A stretch of 63,445 bases of DNA, counting the filler, from Patellaria atrata CBS 101060 (lineage: Eukaryota), in NCBI GenBank assembly GCA_010093705.1. It is 9 parts of 9 records of this genome, joined end to end, with 100 filler letters (N's around TTAATTAATTAA, not from the genome) between each part and the next. Parts side by side here need not be neighbours in the genome. Positions count along the whole stretch, not along the records: positions 7,242 to 21,442 come from MU006136.1; positions 21,543 to 28,315 come from MU006137.1; positions 28,416 to 37,694 come from MU006138.1; 6 more parts are not named here. One strand, 5' to 3'. Below, one piece after another: positions 14,475-29,453 of the stretch (its first letter is position 1; every line of letters starts with the position of its first letter). The notes under the pieces are model-generated. The model saw only the letters and a list, made by a program, of their open reading frames with translations. It was not told the DNA's origin and did not search any database. The position numbers were made by a program, and so were the translations under genes.

Positions 14475-17400
14475 ATTAATATTTAGATTTATATTATAAT
14501 ATTTTTATCTTTTATTATCTTTAGATTTTCTTATTTATAGAAGAGTATATTTATTACGATATTTTAGATTTTAAGCTAATATATAATTTAGAAATAAAAA
14601 TTAGAGAAAGTTTTATTTTATTAAGTTTATCTAATATTAAGTAATTATTTTATAATAAAGTATTTTAATACTTTATAGTTAATAATTATAATAAAGGAAA
14701 CTTATTATAACTTTATTAATATACTTCTTTATTTAGCTAATACTCTTATTATAACTAATATTTCTTTATTATAAATTTTATATTTTAGTTTTATCTTTAA
14801 TAATATCTTAGTTTAAAAGATAATTAGCCTTTAAATATATCTATAAAGCTATAATATAATTATTATAATAATTCTATTATTATAATTAGATTTAACTTTC
14901 GTCTTAAATAGAGAGTTATAATATATTAATATTTAATTTAATAAAATTAACTTTTTTATTTTCTTAAATACCTTTTCTTCTTTCTATTTAAATGGTTTTT
15001 AAACCTCTTTTTATATCTATATTATTAATAGTTATATAACTTATCTAAATTTCTCTAAAAACTTTTAATAGAAGTTATAGAATTTATTAAATAATAAAAT
15101 CTCTTTTATATTTATTAGTAACTTTTAGTTTTAAACTATTTTAATCTTTTTTAAATCTATTACTATTCCGTCGATATTAATAATAAAGTTAAAAAACTTT
15201 ATCTTTATTATATAGAACTCGCTTTTCTTAATATTAGTTTATAAATTAGCTTTAGTTAATATTTCTAATACTTTTATAATATAAGTTTAGTGTTTTAGTG
15301 AGTATTTAAAGTAAATTAGTATATTATTAATATATATTATATAGAAGTTATTTAAATATTAGAAAAACGCCTTATTAATAAACTATTAAAATAAGGTTAA
15401 GTTATTATATAATTTAAAGAATAGTACTTTATACTTAAATAATCTATATTTTATTTAGAAGATAATAAAATCTTTAATTAACTTTTTTATTTAAATTTAA
15501 TAGAATATTTATCTTATATTAAATTTCGTAAATATCTTTATTTATTAAAGACGTGTTAATATTTCTTTAATTAGGGATAATAGATACTTATTCTTTTTAA
15601 TAATATTATTTAACTTTTTATAGTTAATATAAAATCTCTAATCTCTTCTTAACTTTTTAGCGAATAATACTAAAGACGCGTATAATATCTCGTTTAGAAC
15701 GATAAACTTCTTTTAAAGATATTTCTTTAAATAGTTCTTTATTAGCTATAAATGTTCGATAAATATATTATATAAAAGGTTAATAATAAGATTATTATCT
15801 TAATTTAGTATTATATTATAATCTATATCTTCTTTAAATAATAGTAGTTTATTAGATATAGATTTTAAAAATATATAAATTAAGTAATAATATTTCTTAA
15901 ATAATTTTTTATAGATTATTATTTTATAAATATCTTTATCTTTATTTAAAGGGTTTTTATCTTTTAAAAGTTAATTTTATATTAAAAAGTTAATTTTATA
16001 TAAATTTATAATATTTATAATAATATCTTTACGTTTTATATTTTTTAAATAGTTTTCTCCGCTAATTAAATAGATATTTATATAAATCTCGATAATATTA
16101 ACTTATTTATTTAGTTTTAACTTTAATTTTTTAAAGAGTTCCGGCGTTTCTTTTTTTATTAAATCTAATAGTTTTAATTTTATCTTTTAAAGATTAAAAC
16201 TAATATTTTTAGCTTATAAACTCGATTATTTCTATTAAAATAATTATAGTTTTCTTCTTTAATTAATTAATACTTTCTATTAATTATATTCTTATTTATC
16301 GATAACTTTATCTCGTTATTTTATATCGAATTAATATTATAAATTAGTTTAAATTTATAGTTTACTTTTTAAAATCACGATATTTTATTACTAGTCTTTA
16401 ATTATAATAGTCTATTCCGGCTAAATAATTTAATAATATCTATAATTAAATAAGTTATTAATTTTAAAGAACTACTTTTTATTTATAAATATATTATTAT
16501 AGCCTATATTTATTATTATAATTAATATTAACTATCTTTATTTTTTAATTATAAGATTTATCTTAAATATTTAATTAATTAATATTATCTTTAAATTATT
16601 AAAAGTATTAACTTTAATCTTCTAGTTTATCTTTTTAACTTTAATTTTAAAGCGTTATTTTAGAGCGGGTAATTATCTTTTATTTAATAGAATATACTTT
16701 TAAACTTTAATATTAATTAAAGTCTTAAGTTATATTATAATTCTATTCTTTAAAATTTAATATAATATTATAAATAGCTTTTCTAATACTAGATTATTAA
16801 TTAATATTACTAATATTTCTATTATTAGCTTTAATATAAAGTTTTTATTTAAGATTTCTCGTTTTTCGAATCTAATCTTAAATTAAACTTTAAACTTTAA
16901 TATTTATCTTTTTAAATTAATTTTACTTTAATTATCTTCTTTAATTTCTAATATTTTAATATTTTATATCTAGCTTTATTATAATTAAAGTAGTTATTTA
17001 TAAACTTTTAAATAGTTATAATTTACTTCGTTATTTATAATATTATAAATAAGATAGTTTCTTTACTTTTTAATTAATATAAAATTCTATTTATTATTAT
17101 TAAAATAGAAATTATTTTAATTAATTTACTATATTTTTAACTTTTTCTATAAATTTTACTAGCTTTATCTAATCTTTCTAACTTTTATATTTATATTATA
17201 ACTTTATTATAGTATTTCTAAAAGTTAATTTTATCGTTATTTATAGTTTCTATTATTATTAATCTTAAATTATTATAAAGTTTATTATAAAGTTTTTCTT
17301 TCTATTAATTACGTAATAATTTAGCTTTATTAGCTAGCTAGATAAATATAAACTAGAATTTTAGAAAGTTTATTAAATAACTTTATTTTAATTTCTTTAA

Positions 17401-18801
17401 TTTATTTTTAACTTTTAATTATTTATTTAAGTTCTTATAAATTTAATCTAGAAATTTTATTAATTTTATTAAAATTATATTATTCTTCTTTAATTTTAAA
17501 AAAAAGTATATATATTTAACTACTTTATTATTAATTTATATTTTAATATAAATAATCTTTATTCTTTTATCTTAAAATTAATTATTATTAATATAAAGTT
17601 TATTATTTATTTTACTTTTTTATTTTTTATAGATTAATTTTTTACTATTAATTAATTCTAATAAATTAAGAAATTTCTTTATTTTATTATTATCTTTATT
17701 TTTAAAGTTTCTAATTAAGTCGACTATTTTAGTTTAATTATTATAATTATATAATATTAATAATTCTTTATTATTAAATTTATTATTAAATTAAATATTT
17801 CTTTAATTTAATTTAAATTATTTAGTTTATTTTTTTAGATTATTAATTTTATTTTAAAAATATTTTATAATTTCTTTATTTATTTAATATATTTATAACT
17901 TTAGTTATAAATTAAATATTATTTTATTAATAAAATTTATTATCTTTTTAAGTTATAAACTTTACTTTTATATAAAAATACTTTATTATAAATTAATCTA
18001 AATTTTTAATTATCTATTTCTTTACTCTATTAATTATATTAATATTTTAATTATTTATAATAATAATATATTTAAAAGGCTTTTTATCTTTTATTATTCT
18101 AGAAATTTCTTTTAATAGATTTTATAAATTTATTTTTAAAATATTATTAATAATTTACTAGTTAACTATTTTTAATATTAATTTATATTAATATATTTTT
18201 TCTTTTTCTTTTAATTTAATATTACTCTTTACTTTTAAATTTATAGTTAATTTATTATCTATTTATTTTATTAAAGTTATTAAAAGTTTAATTATTTTAT
18301 TTAATTTATTATAATATTTACTTCTTTAAATAATTTATATTTATTAGTTTTAATCTCTTTTAAATATTAGATTATTATTATTATTAATATTAATACTTTT
18401 AAATATTAAATATCTTATTATTAATAAAGTTTAATTATTTATAAATTCTCGATTAATTTAATAATTATTTATTAGCTAAATTAATATTATATTTTAGTTA
18501 GAATATTATATTACTTTTTTAAAAACTATTAAAAATAAATTTAATTTAATATAATAATATAATATAATTATCTTTATTATTAATTATTAAATATAAAGAT
18601 TAAGTTAAAAAATAATAATATTATAAATTAAATATTTATATATAATAATTCTATTTTATTAAATTTTAGCTTAATTATCTTTTATTTAATTAATTAATAT
18701 TTAAAGATTTTTTCTATATTTAATTTAATAAAAATCTCTTATAAATAAACTAAATATTTAATATAAAAAATATAGAATTAATATTATAATATATTATTAT
18801 A
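14475..18801 (-). mobile_element. More heavily RIP'd family A element (RNase H to gag, 5' LTR 18550-18801)
   Basis: Colinear with 9470-14474 but lacks the C solo LTR and has fewer G/C. Confidence 0.85.
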
Positions 18802-21442
18802 TTTTTTATATTTATATTATTAATAATTATATAATTTATCTAAATTTCTTTAAAAATTTTTAATAAAAATTATAGAATTTATTAAATAATAAAATTTCTT
18901 TTATATTTATTAATAATTTTTAATTTTAAATTATTTTAATCTTTTTTAAATTTATTATTATTTTATTAATATTAATAATAAAGCTAAAAAATTTTATCTT
19001 TATTATATAAAACTTATTTTTTTTAATATTAATTTATAAATTAATTTTAATTAATACTTTTAATATTTTCGCGATATAAATTTAATATTTTAATAAATAT
19101 TTAAAATAAATTAATATATTATTAATATATATTATATAAAAGTTATTTAAATATTAAAAAAATATTTTATTAATAAATTATTAAAATAAAATTAAACTAT
19201 TATATAATTTAAAAGATAATATTTTATATTTAAATAATTTATATTTTATTTAAAAGATAATAAAATTTTTAGCTAATTTTTTTTATTTAAATTTAGTAAA
19301 ATATTTATTTTATATTAAATTTTATAAATATCTTTATTTATTAAAAATATATTAATATTTTTTTAATTAAAAATAATAAATATTTATTTTTTTTAATAAT
19401 ATTATTTAACTTTTTATAATTAATATAGAATTTTTAATCTCTTTTTAACTTTTTAGCGAATAATATTAAAAATATATATAATATTTTATTTAAAATAATA
19501 AATTTTTTCTAAAAATATTTCTTTAAATAATTTTTTATTAATTATAAATATTCGATAAATATATTATATAAAAAATTAATAGTAAAATTATTATTTTAAT
19601 TTAATATTATATTATAATTTATATCTTTTTTAAATAATAGTAATTTATCTAATATAAATTTTAAAAATATATTTTTTAAATAATAATATTTTTTAAATAG
19701 TTTTTTAAAAATTATTATTTTATAAATATTTTTATTTTTATTTAAAGAGTTTTTATTTTTTATAAATTAATTTTATATTTAAAAGTTTATTTTATATAAA
19801 TTTATAATATTTATAATAATATATTTATATTTTATATTTTATAGATAATTCTTTTTATTAATTAAATAAATATTTATATAAATTTTAATAATATTAATTT
19901 ATTTATTTAATTTTAATTTTAATTTTTTAAAAAGTTTTAATATTTTTTTTTATTAAATTTAATATTTTTAATTTTATCTTTTAAAAATTAAAGTTAATAT
20001 TTTTAATCTATAAATTTAATTATTTTTATTAAAATAATTATAGTTTTTTTTTTAATTAATTAATATTTTTTATTAATTATATTTTTATTTATTAATAATT
20101 TTATTTTATTATTTTATATTAAATTAATATTATAAATTAATTTAAATTTATAATTTATTTTTTAAAATTATAATATTTTATTATTAATTTTTAATTATAA
20201 TAATTTATTTTAATTAAATAATTTAATAATATTTATAATTAAATAAATTATTAATTTTAAAGAATTACTTTTTATTTATAAATATATTATTATAATTTAT
20301 ATTTATTATTATAATTAATATTAATTATCTTTATTTTTTAATTATAAAATTTACTTTAAATATTTAATTAATTAATATTATCTTTAAATTATTAAAAATA
20401 TTAATTTTAATTTTCTAGTTTATCTTTTTAACTTTAATTTTAAAATATTATTTTAAAATAAATAATTATCTTTTATTTAATAAAGTATATTTTTAAGTTT
20501 TAATATTAATTAAAACTTTAAATTATATTATAATTTCATTCTTTAAAATTTAATATAATATTATAAATAACTTTTTTAATATTAAATTATTAATTAATAT
20601 TATATTATAATAAAAGTTTATACTTATTAAAATAAAATTAAATAAATTTAAAAATATATTTAATTTTTTATTTAATATAATTAATTATAAAGATAAATTT
20701 AATAAAGTAATAAAATATATATAATAAAAATATTTTAAGTTAATAATATAATTTACTAATTTCTTAACTTCGAGTAATACTTATAATAAGATAAAATATA
20801 TTATATAGAAATAATATAATAAATAAAATTAAGTTTAAAACTATAATATCTAAATTTATAGATAAAATTAATAGTAAAAATAATTATAAAAAATTTAAAT
20901 ATATAAGAAAAAAATTATCTTTAAATATTTTTATTATTTATAATTAATTTAATATATCTTTATTTTAATTATTTTAATTATTTAATTATCTAATTATTTC
21001 TTTTATAATTAAAATATTTAAATATTTAAATATTTAAATTATATAATTTATTATTTATAAATTTTATCTATAATTTCTTTAAATAGTATTTCTTTTTTCT
21101 TTTATTTATAATCTTTATACTTTTATAATTTATAGTTATAATATATTATTAATATTTTTATTATTAATTTTAATATAAAATTTTTATTTAAAATTTTTTA
21201 TTTTTTAAATTTAATTTTAAATTAAACTTTAAATTTTATTATTTATCTTTTTAAATTAATTTTATTTTAATTATCTTCTTTAATTTTTAATATTTTAATA
21301 TTTTATATTTAATTTTATTATAATTAAAATAATTATTTATAAACTTTTAAATAATTATAATTTACTTTATTATTTATAATATTATAAATAAAATAATTTC
21401 TTTATTTTTTAATTAATATAAAATTCTATTTATTATTATTAA
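18802..21442 (-). mobile_element. Very heavily RIP'd family A element (RT to gag), truncated by contig edge
   Basis: Colinear with about 10001-12740. Confidence 0.8.
20603..21143 (-). mobile_element. RIP'd family C solo LTR with TSD TATTA
   Basis: Matches 3062-3599; TATTA at 20598-20602 and 21144-21148; the host A sequence resumes in register. Confidence 0.8.
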
Positions 21443-21542
21443 NNNNNNNNNNNNNNNNNNNNNNNNNNNNNNNNNNNNNNNNNNNNTTAATTAATTAANN
21501 NNNNNNNNNNNNNNNNNNNNNNNNNNNNNNNNNNNNNNNNNN

Positions 21543-22916
21543 AGATAATAATATTAAATTATAATTTATAATTTATTTTTATATTTATAAATAAACTTTA
21601 TAAATTAATAAAAATAAAATAAAAATTATTTATAATTTATTATTTATAAATAAATAAAAATATAAAAATTATTAATTAATATATAAATTTATAATTTTAA
21701 CTTTTTATAAATTATTATTAAAATAATTAATTAAAATTCTTATCTATAATAAATTTTATTTAAATTATATTAATTTAAAAATTAATAAATATTTTTTCTT
21801 ATAAATTAAAATTTAATTATTAATTATAAATATATTTTAATTAATAAAAATAGATAAATTTTAATATATATAAAATAGTTTAAAAAAAAATAAATAAAGA
21901 AAAAGTTTAACTATTTATAAAATATATTTATAATATTATTAAATAGATAAAAAATAATTTAAAAAAAATATAAATAATATAAATAAAATTAGTTAATAAA
22001 TATTAAAAAAAACTAAATTTTAAATTAAAAAATTATATATTTATTTTATATAAAGATTAAATATTAAATAAACTAAATATTAAACTAAATTATTAAAATA
22101 TAAGTTTATATAAAATAATAAAAATAAAAGAGTATTTTTATATAATTAACTTATTTATTAATATAAAAATATTAAATATATTTTATATAAATAAATTTTA
22201 TAAAGTATTAATAAATTTATTATTTAAATAATAATTAAAATCACTATTATTAATTAAAATAAATAATAAATTTAAATATAAAATAAATAAAATTTTAATA
22301 AATTATATTTTTTATAATAAATTATAGTATAAAATAAATTAAATCGAATATAATCTTAATAAAATATAATATTTAACTTATAATTTTATCGAAATATTAT
22401 ATAAACTCGAAAAATTCTATAATTAAAGATTAATTAATATTAAATTATTAGTTTAATTTAAAAAATAGCTTTAAATCTTTAAATTTAAAATAAAAGTAAA
22501 GTTATATAATAATAATAATATAATTAAAAAGAAGAAATTTATATAAATTTTAAGATATTATAAATAGATAATAGATTATATTATAAAATATTATTAATAT
22601 TATTATAAAAATTAAAGTCGATTTTTACTATTAAAAAGAGATAATATAATAATATATTATAATATTAATTTTATATTTTTTATATTAAGTATTTAGTTTA
22701 TTTATAAAAGATTTTTATTAAATTAAATATAAAAAAGATCTTTAAATATTAATTAATTAAATAGAAAATAATTAAGTTAAAATTTAATAAAATAAAACTA
22801 TTATATATAAATATTTAATTTATAATATTATTATTTTTTAATTTAATCTCTATATTTAATAATTAATAATAAAGATAATTAAAATATAATTATTATAATT
22901 ATATTATTTTATTATA
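21543..22916 (+). mobile_element. RIP'd family A 3' end (integrase/chromodomain region, PPT, 3' LTR 22645-22916)
   Basis: The first part is the reverse complement of about 7663-8480. A purine tract aaaaagagataa precedes the RIP'd LTR A. Confidence 0.8.
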
Positions 22917-24893
22917 AAATTTACTTTTTTTAATATTAATTTATAAATTAGCTTTAATTAATATTTTTAATATTTTAATAATATATATTTTATATTCTAT
23001 TAAATATATAAAATAAACTAAAATATTATTTATATAAATTATATATAAATTATTTAAATATTTAAAGAAAGTTTTATTAATAAATTATTAGAAAAAGATA
23101 AAATTATTATATAAATTAAATAATAATATCTTATATTTAAAGAAGTTATATTAAATTTAAAATATAATAAAATTTTTAATTAATTTTAATATTTATATTT
23201 AATAGAATATTTATTATATATTAAATTTTATAAATATTTTTATATATTATAATTAAATTAATATCTTTTTTATAAATAATAATAAATATTTATCTTTTTT
23301 AATAATATTATTAAACTTTTAATAATTTATATAAAATCTTTAATTATTATTTAATTTCTTAATAAATAATATTAAAAATATATATAATATTTTATTTAAC
23401 TTAATAAACTCTTTTTAAAAATACTTTTTTAAATAATTCTTTATTAATTAAAGATATTTAATTAATATATTATATAATAAATTTATTTTTAATTTATTAT
23501 TTTACTTTAATATAATATAATAGTTAATTTTCTTTTAATAAAAAAATAGTTAATCTAATATATACTTTAAAAATATATAAAAGAAATAATAATACTTTAT
23601 AAATAATTTTTTTAATATTATTATTTTAAGTTCTTTTTTATTATTTAATAATAAATTTTTATCTTTCTTAAATTTATTTTAAATTAAAGAATTAATTTTT
23701 TATAAATTTATAATTTTAATAATTATATTTAATTTTTAAATATTTTATAAATAATTTTTAATATTAATTATATAAATATTTAATTTTATTTTAAATATAT
23801 TAATATATTAATTTATTTTTAATTTTTTTAAAAACTTTTAAATCTCTTTTTTTATTATATTTAATAATTTTATCTTTATCTTTTATATATTTAAATTTAA
23901 TTTTTATTTTTATAATCTCGATTATTTTTATTTAAATAATATAAACTTTTTTTTATTTAACTTTAATCTTTAAATATTATATTTTTTATTAATTAAATAT
24001 TTTATCTCTTTATTTTATATTAATTTAATAGATTAAATTTATTATAATTTATAATTCTTTTTTTAATATTATAATATTTTATTATTAATTCTTAATTATT
24101 ATAATCTATAATAGTTAAAAAATTATATTATATTTATAATTTAATAAATTATTTATTTTTAAAAATTATTCTTTTTTAATTAATATATTAATATAATTTA
24201 TATTAATTATTAAAATAAAGATTTTCTATTATTTATTAATAAATATAAAATTAACTTTAATTATTTTATTAATTAATTTTATTATTAAACTATTAAAATT
24301 CTTTATATTAATATATAATATCTTTTTTAATTTAATATTTAATTATTATTTTAATATAAATAATTATTTTTTATTTAAAAAAGTATATTTTTAAGCTTTT
24401 ATATTAATTAAAATTTTAAGTTATATTATAATTTTATTTTTTAATATTTAATATAATATAATAAAAGATTTCTTTATAATTAAATTATTTATTAATACTT
24501 TTAATATTTTTATTAATAATTTTAAAATAAAATTTCTATTTAAAATTCTTTATTTTTTAGTTTTAATTTTTAATTTAATTTATTTTACTTTATTTAAATT
24601 AATTTAATTTTAATTATTTTTCTTTATATTTAATAATTAGTTAATTAATATTTTAATTTATTATAGTTAAAATAATTTTCTATAAATTTTTAAATTATTA
24701 TAATATTTTAATTTATTAATTATTATAAAAAAATAATTATATTTAAAATTTTATTTAATTATTAAATTATAATTTTACTTATTATTATAATATTTAAAGT
24801 TATTTTAATAGTTTTATATTTTTATTATTTCTTTTATCGTTTTTTTAACTTTTAATTTTATTTCTTTAAATTTTATATTTAAAATATTATTTA
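22917..24893 (-). mobile_element. Heavily RIP'd family B internal fragment (RT to gag)
   Basis: Colinear with about 33908-35885. Confidence 0.78.
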
Positions 24894-25661
24894 TATAATA
24901 ATATAATATAATTATAATAATTATATTTTAATTATCTTTATTATTAATTACTAAATATAAAAATTAAATTAAAAAATAATAATATTATAAATTAAATATT
25001 TATATATAATAATTTTATTTTATTAAATTTTAATTTAATTATCTTTTATTTAATTAATTAATATTTAAAGATCTTTTTTATATTTAATTTAATAAAAATC
25101 TTTTATAAATAAATTAAATATTTAATATAGAAAATATAGAATTAATATTATAATATATTATTATATTATTTTCTTTTTAATAATAGAAATTAATCTTAAT
25201 TTTTATAATAATATTAATAATATTCTATAATATAATCTATTATTTATTTATAATATTTTAAAATTTATATAAACTTTTTTTTTTAATTATATTATTATTA
25301 TTATATAATTTTACTTTTATCTTAAATTTAAAATTTTAAAACTATTTTTTAAGTTAAATTAATAATTTAATATTAATTAATTTTTAATTATAAAATTCTT
25401 TAAATTTATATAATATTTTAATAAAATTATAAGTTAAATATTATATTTTATTTAAATTATATTTAATTTAATTTACTTTATATTATAATTTACTATAAAA
25501 GATATAATTTATTAAAATTTTATCTATTTTATATTTAAATTTATTATTTATTTTAATTAATAATAATAATTCTAATTATTATTTAAATAATAGATTTATC
25601 GATACTTTATAAAGTTTATTTATATAAAATATATTTAATATCTTTATATTAATAAATAAAT
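24894..25661 (-). mobile_element. RIP'd family A 3' end (3' LTR 24894-25165, PPT, chromodomain region)
   Basis: Reverse complement of about 22150-22916 and 26385-27152. The right boundary is approximate. Confidence 0.75.
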
Positions 25662-27152
25662 TAAAAGTAAATTAAAATTAAAAAAAAATATTAAAAATTA
25701 TAAAATAATTTATTTATTAAATTTAATAAATTTATAGTTTTAAATATAGATAATTTTAAAATATATTTAATATAAAATATATATAATATATTAATTATAG
25801 AATATTTAGAAATTAAAAAAATAAAAAAACTAATTTAAATATAATATTATTAATTTAAATTAATAATTAATATAAATAAATATATTTAAAATTATTATAT
25901 TTATTATTAAATATATATATTAAAAAATAAAACTTTTAATTTACTAAAATTATTATTAATTAAAAATAAATATTAATAATATATTATTTTTAACTTTAAA
26001 TTATTTTTTAAAAATATATATAAATTTAAAATAATATTTATAATAATAAATTAATTAGAAAAAAAAACGATTTTATTTTTTTATATTAAAAATATTTTAA
26101 TTAAAGTAATTATAAAACTATATTATAAATATATATAATAAATATATAATATATTAAAGATAATAATATTAAATTATAATTNNNNNNNNNNNNNNNNNNN
26201 NNNNNNNNNNNNNNNNNNNNNNNNNNNNNNNNNNNNNNNNNNNNNNNNNNNNNNNNNNNNNNNNNNNNNNNNNNNNNNNNNNNNNNNNNNNNNNNNNNNN
26301 NNNNNNNNNNNNNNNNNNNNNNNNNNNNNNNNNNNNNNNNNNNNNNAAAATAATAAAAATAAAAGAATATTTTTATATAATTAATTTATTTATTAATATA
26401 AAAATATTAAATATATTTTATATAAATAAATTTTATAAAATATTAATAAATTTATTATTTAAATAATAGTTAAAATTATTATTATCGATTAAAATAAATA
26501 GTAAATTTAAATATAAAATAAATAAAATTTTAATAAATTATATTTTTTATAATAAATTATAATATAAAGTAAATTAAATTAAATATAATTTTAATAAAAT
26601 ATAATATTTAATTTATAATTTTATTAAAATATTATATAAATTTAAAGAATTTTATAATTAAAAATTAATTAATATTAAATTATTAATTTAATTTAAAGAA
26701 TAATTTTAAATCTTTAAATTTAAGATAAAAGTAAAATTATATAATAATAATAATATAGTTAAAAAGAAAAAATTTATATAAATTTTAAGATATTATAAAT
26801 AAATAATAAATCGTGTTATAAAATACTATTAATATTATTATAAAAATTAAAGTTAATTTTTATTATTAAAAAAGAGATAATATAATAATATATTATAATA
26901 TTAATTCTATATTTTCTATATTAAATATTTAATTTATTTATAAAAAATCTTTATTAAATTAAATATAGAAAAAATCTTTAAATATTAATTAATTAAATAA
27001 AAAATAATTAAATTAAAATTTAATTAAATAAAATTATTATATTTAAATATTTAATTTATAATATTATTATTTTTTAACTTAATCTTTATATTTAATAATT
27101 AATAATAAAGATAATTAAAATATAATTATTATAATTATATTATATTATTATA
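25662..27152 (+). mobile_element. RIP'd family A integrase to 3' LTR (26881-27152), spanning an N gap
   Basis: Starts as the reverse complement of about 8965 and ends in PPT plus LTR A. Confidence 0.75.
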
Positions 27153-28315
27153 ATTTATATATATTAATATTATAACGACGTGTCACGATACTAATCCCGT
27201 ATTTCCTATACTAAGTGTTTAGTTTATTTGCAAGAGATCTTTACCGGGTCGGACGCGGAAAAGATCTCTAAGCGCTGATTGGTTAAACGGAAGATAGTCG
27301 GGCCGAGGCTTAGTAAGGCGGGACTATTATATACGGATATTCGGCCCACGATATTATTATTCCTTAACTTAATCTCTATACTTAGTAGTTAGTAATAGAG
27401 ATAGTTAAAATACGATTACTATAGCTATATTATATTATTATAAATATATTATTTAAATAAATAATTATAAATATATTTAAATATTCTTTTAATATATAAT
27501 TAATTATTATTTAAAATATTATTAAAATATTAATTAAATTAAATAATATTATTATATATTTATATAATTTAAATTTTATTTTTATAATTATCTTTTATTT
27601 TTTATTTTCTTTTATTTTAATTTAATAATAATTATTTTAAATATTAAATTTTATAAATTATTTTATTTTTTATAATTTATTTTAAATTTTTAAAATTAAA
27701 AGTAATAAATATTTATTCTTAATTATAATATTATTTAATTATTTATAATTAATATATAATTTTAATTTACTATTTTTCTTTAATATAAATAAAATTAGTA
27801 AAATTATTAGATTTTTATTAAATTATATATATATTTTTTTTTAAATTAATATAAATATATTTTTTAAATATTTTATATTATTTTCTTATTAATAGATAAA
27901 TTAAATTAAATTATAATTTTATATTTTTTTTTAATATTATTTAATAATTTAAAAGTATAATTATTATATTTTTTTTTAAATAAATTTTTAAATTTATTAT
28001 ATTTTTAATATTTTAAATTTTTTAAAAATTTTTTTAATATTTATTTTTTTAAATTATATTATTTTTATACTTTTAAATTTATTTCTATAAATCTTTATTA
28101 TTTTATAATATAAAATATATTTTATAAATATATTTATATTTATTTATTTAATATATTTTATTTATTTAATTTTATTTTTTTATAAAATATTTTAATTAAT
28201 TTAAATACTTTTTATTTTTTTAATTAATATTTAAATTTATTATTTATAATTAATTTATTTTTAAAATTATATTTATATCTTTTAAATTAATTATAAAAAT
28301 ATATTAAATAATTAT
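27153..28315 (-). mobile_element. RIP'd family C RT region
   Basis: Overlaps 63308-63445 at its left end and 1-690 at its right end. Confidence 0.75.
27171..27442 (+). mobile_element. Family A solo LTR with TSD AATAT
   Basis: 272 bp; AATAT at 27166-27170 and 27443-27447; empty site near 63320. Confidence 0.9.
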
Positions 28316-28415
28316 NNNNNNNNNNNNNNNNNNNNNNNNNNNNNNNNNNNNNNNNNNNNTTAATTAATTAANNNNNNNNNNNNNNNNNNNNNNNNNNNNN
28401 NNNNNNNNNNNNNNN

Positions 28416-28534
28416 CTGTTATATGCGGACATTCGGCCCACGATATTATTGTTCCTTAACTTAATCTCCACACTTAGTAGTTAGTAATAGAGATAGTCAA
28501 AATACGATTACTACAGCTATACTACATTGTCACA
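28416..28534 (+). mobile_element. 3' part of a lightly mutated family A LTR (3' or solo LTR)
   Basis: Matches about 54939-55057, ends GTCACA, and is followed by host RT sequence rather than a PBS. Confidence 0.9.
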
Positions 28535-29181
28535 AACCCTAGAAATTTGGTTTTTATTACGTGGAACTCGCTCTTCTTTATATCGGCTTATAGACCGGCT
28601 TTTATTAATACTTTTAATACTTTAGTGACGTGAATCTTATATTTTAACGGGCACGTAGAGTAGATTAAGATATCGTCGATATATATTATATAGAAGTCGT
28701 CTAAATAATCGAAGAGTGCTTTATTAATAAACTATTAGAACGAGGCCGGTCTATTATATAATCTAAACGGTAGTACCTTATATTTAAATAATCTATATCT
28801 CGTTTAGAATATAGTAAGGTCTTTAACTATCTCTTTTATCTAAATCCGGTAGAATACTTATCTTACGTCTAATTTAGTAAAGATCTTAGCTCGTTATAAT
28901 CGTGTTAATATCTCTTTAATTAATAGTAACGAGTATTTATCCTTCTTCGTAATACTATTTAGCTTCTAATAGTCGATATAAAATCTTTAGCTATCTTCTA
29001 GCTTCTTAACGAATAGTACTAAAGACGCGTATAATGTTTTATTTAGAATAATAAATCCCTTCTAAAGATACTCTTCTAAATAGTCTTTTACTAGCTATAA
29101 ATATTCGATAGATATATTATATAAGGGGTTAATAGTAAGATTACTATCTTAGTTTAGTATTATATCGTAGTCTACACTTTC

Positions 29182-29453
29182 TATAATAATATAATATAGC
29201 TATAGTAATCGTATTTTAACTATCTCTATTACTAACTACTAAGTGTAGAGATTAAGTTAAGGAATAATAATATTATAGGCCGAATATCCGTATATAATAG
29301 TCCCGTCTTATTAAGCCTCGGCCCGACTATCTTCTATTTAACTAATTAGCGCTTAGAGATCTTTTCCGCGTCCGACCCGGTAAAGATCTCTTATAAATAA
29401 ACTAAACACTTAATATAAGAAATACGGGATTAGTATCGTGACACGTCGTCACA
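29182..29453 (-). mobile_element. Family A solo LTR with TSD CTTTC
   Basis: 272 bp; CTTTC at 29177-29181 and 29454-29458. Confidence 0.92.
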
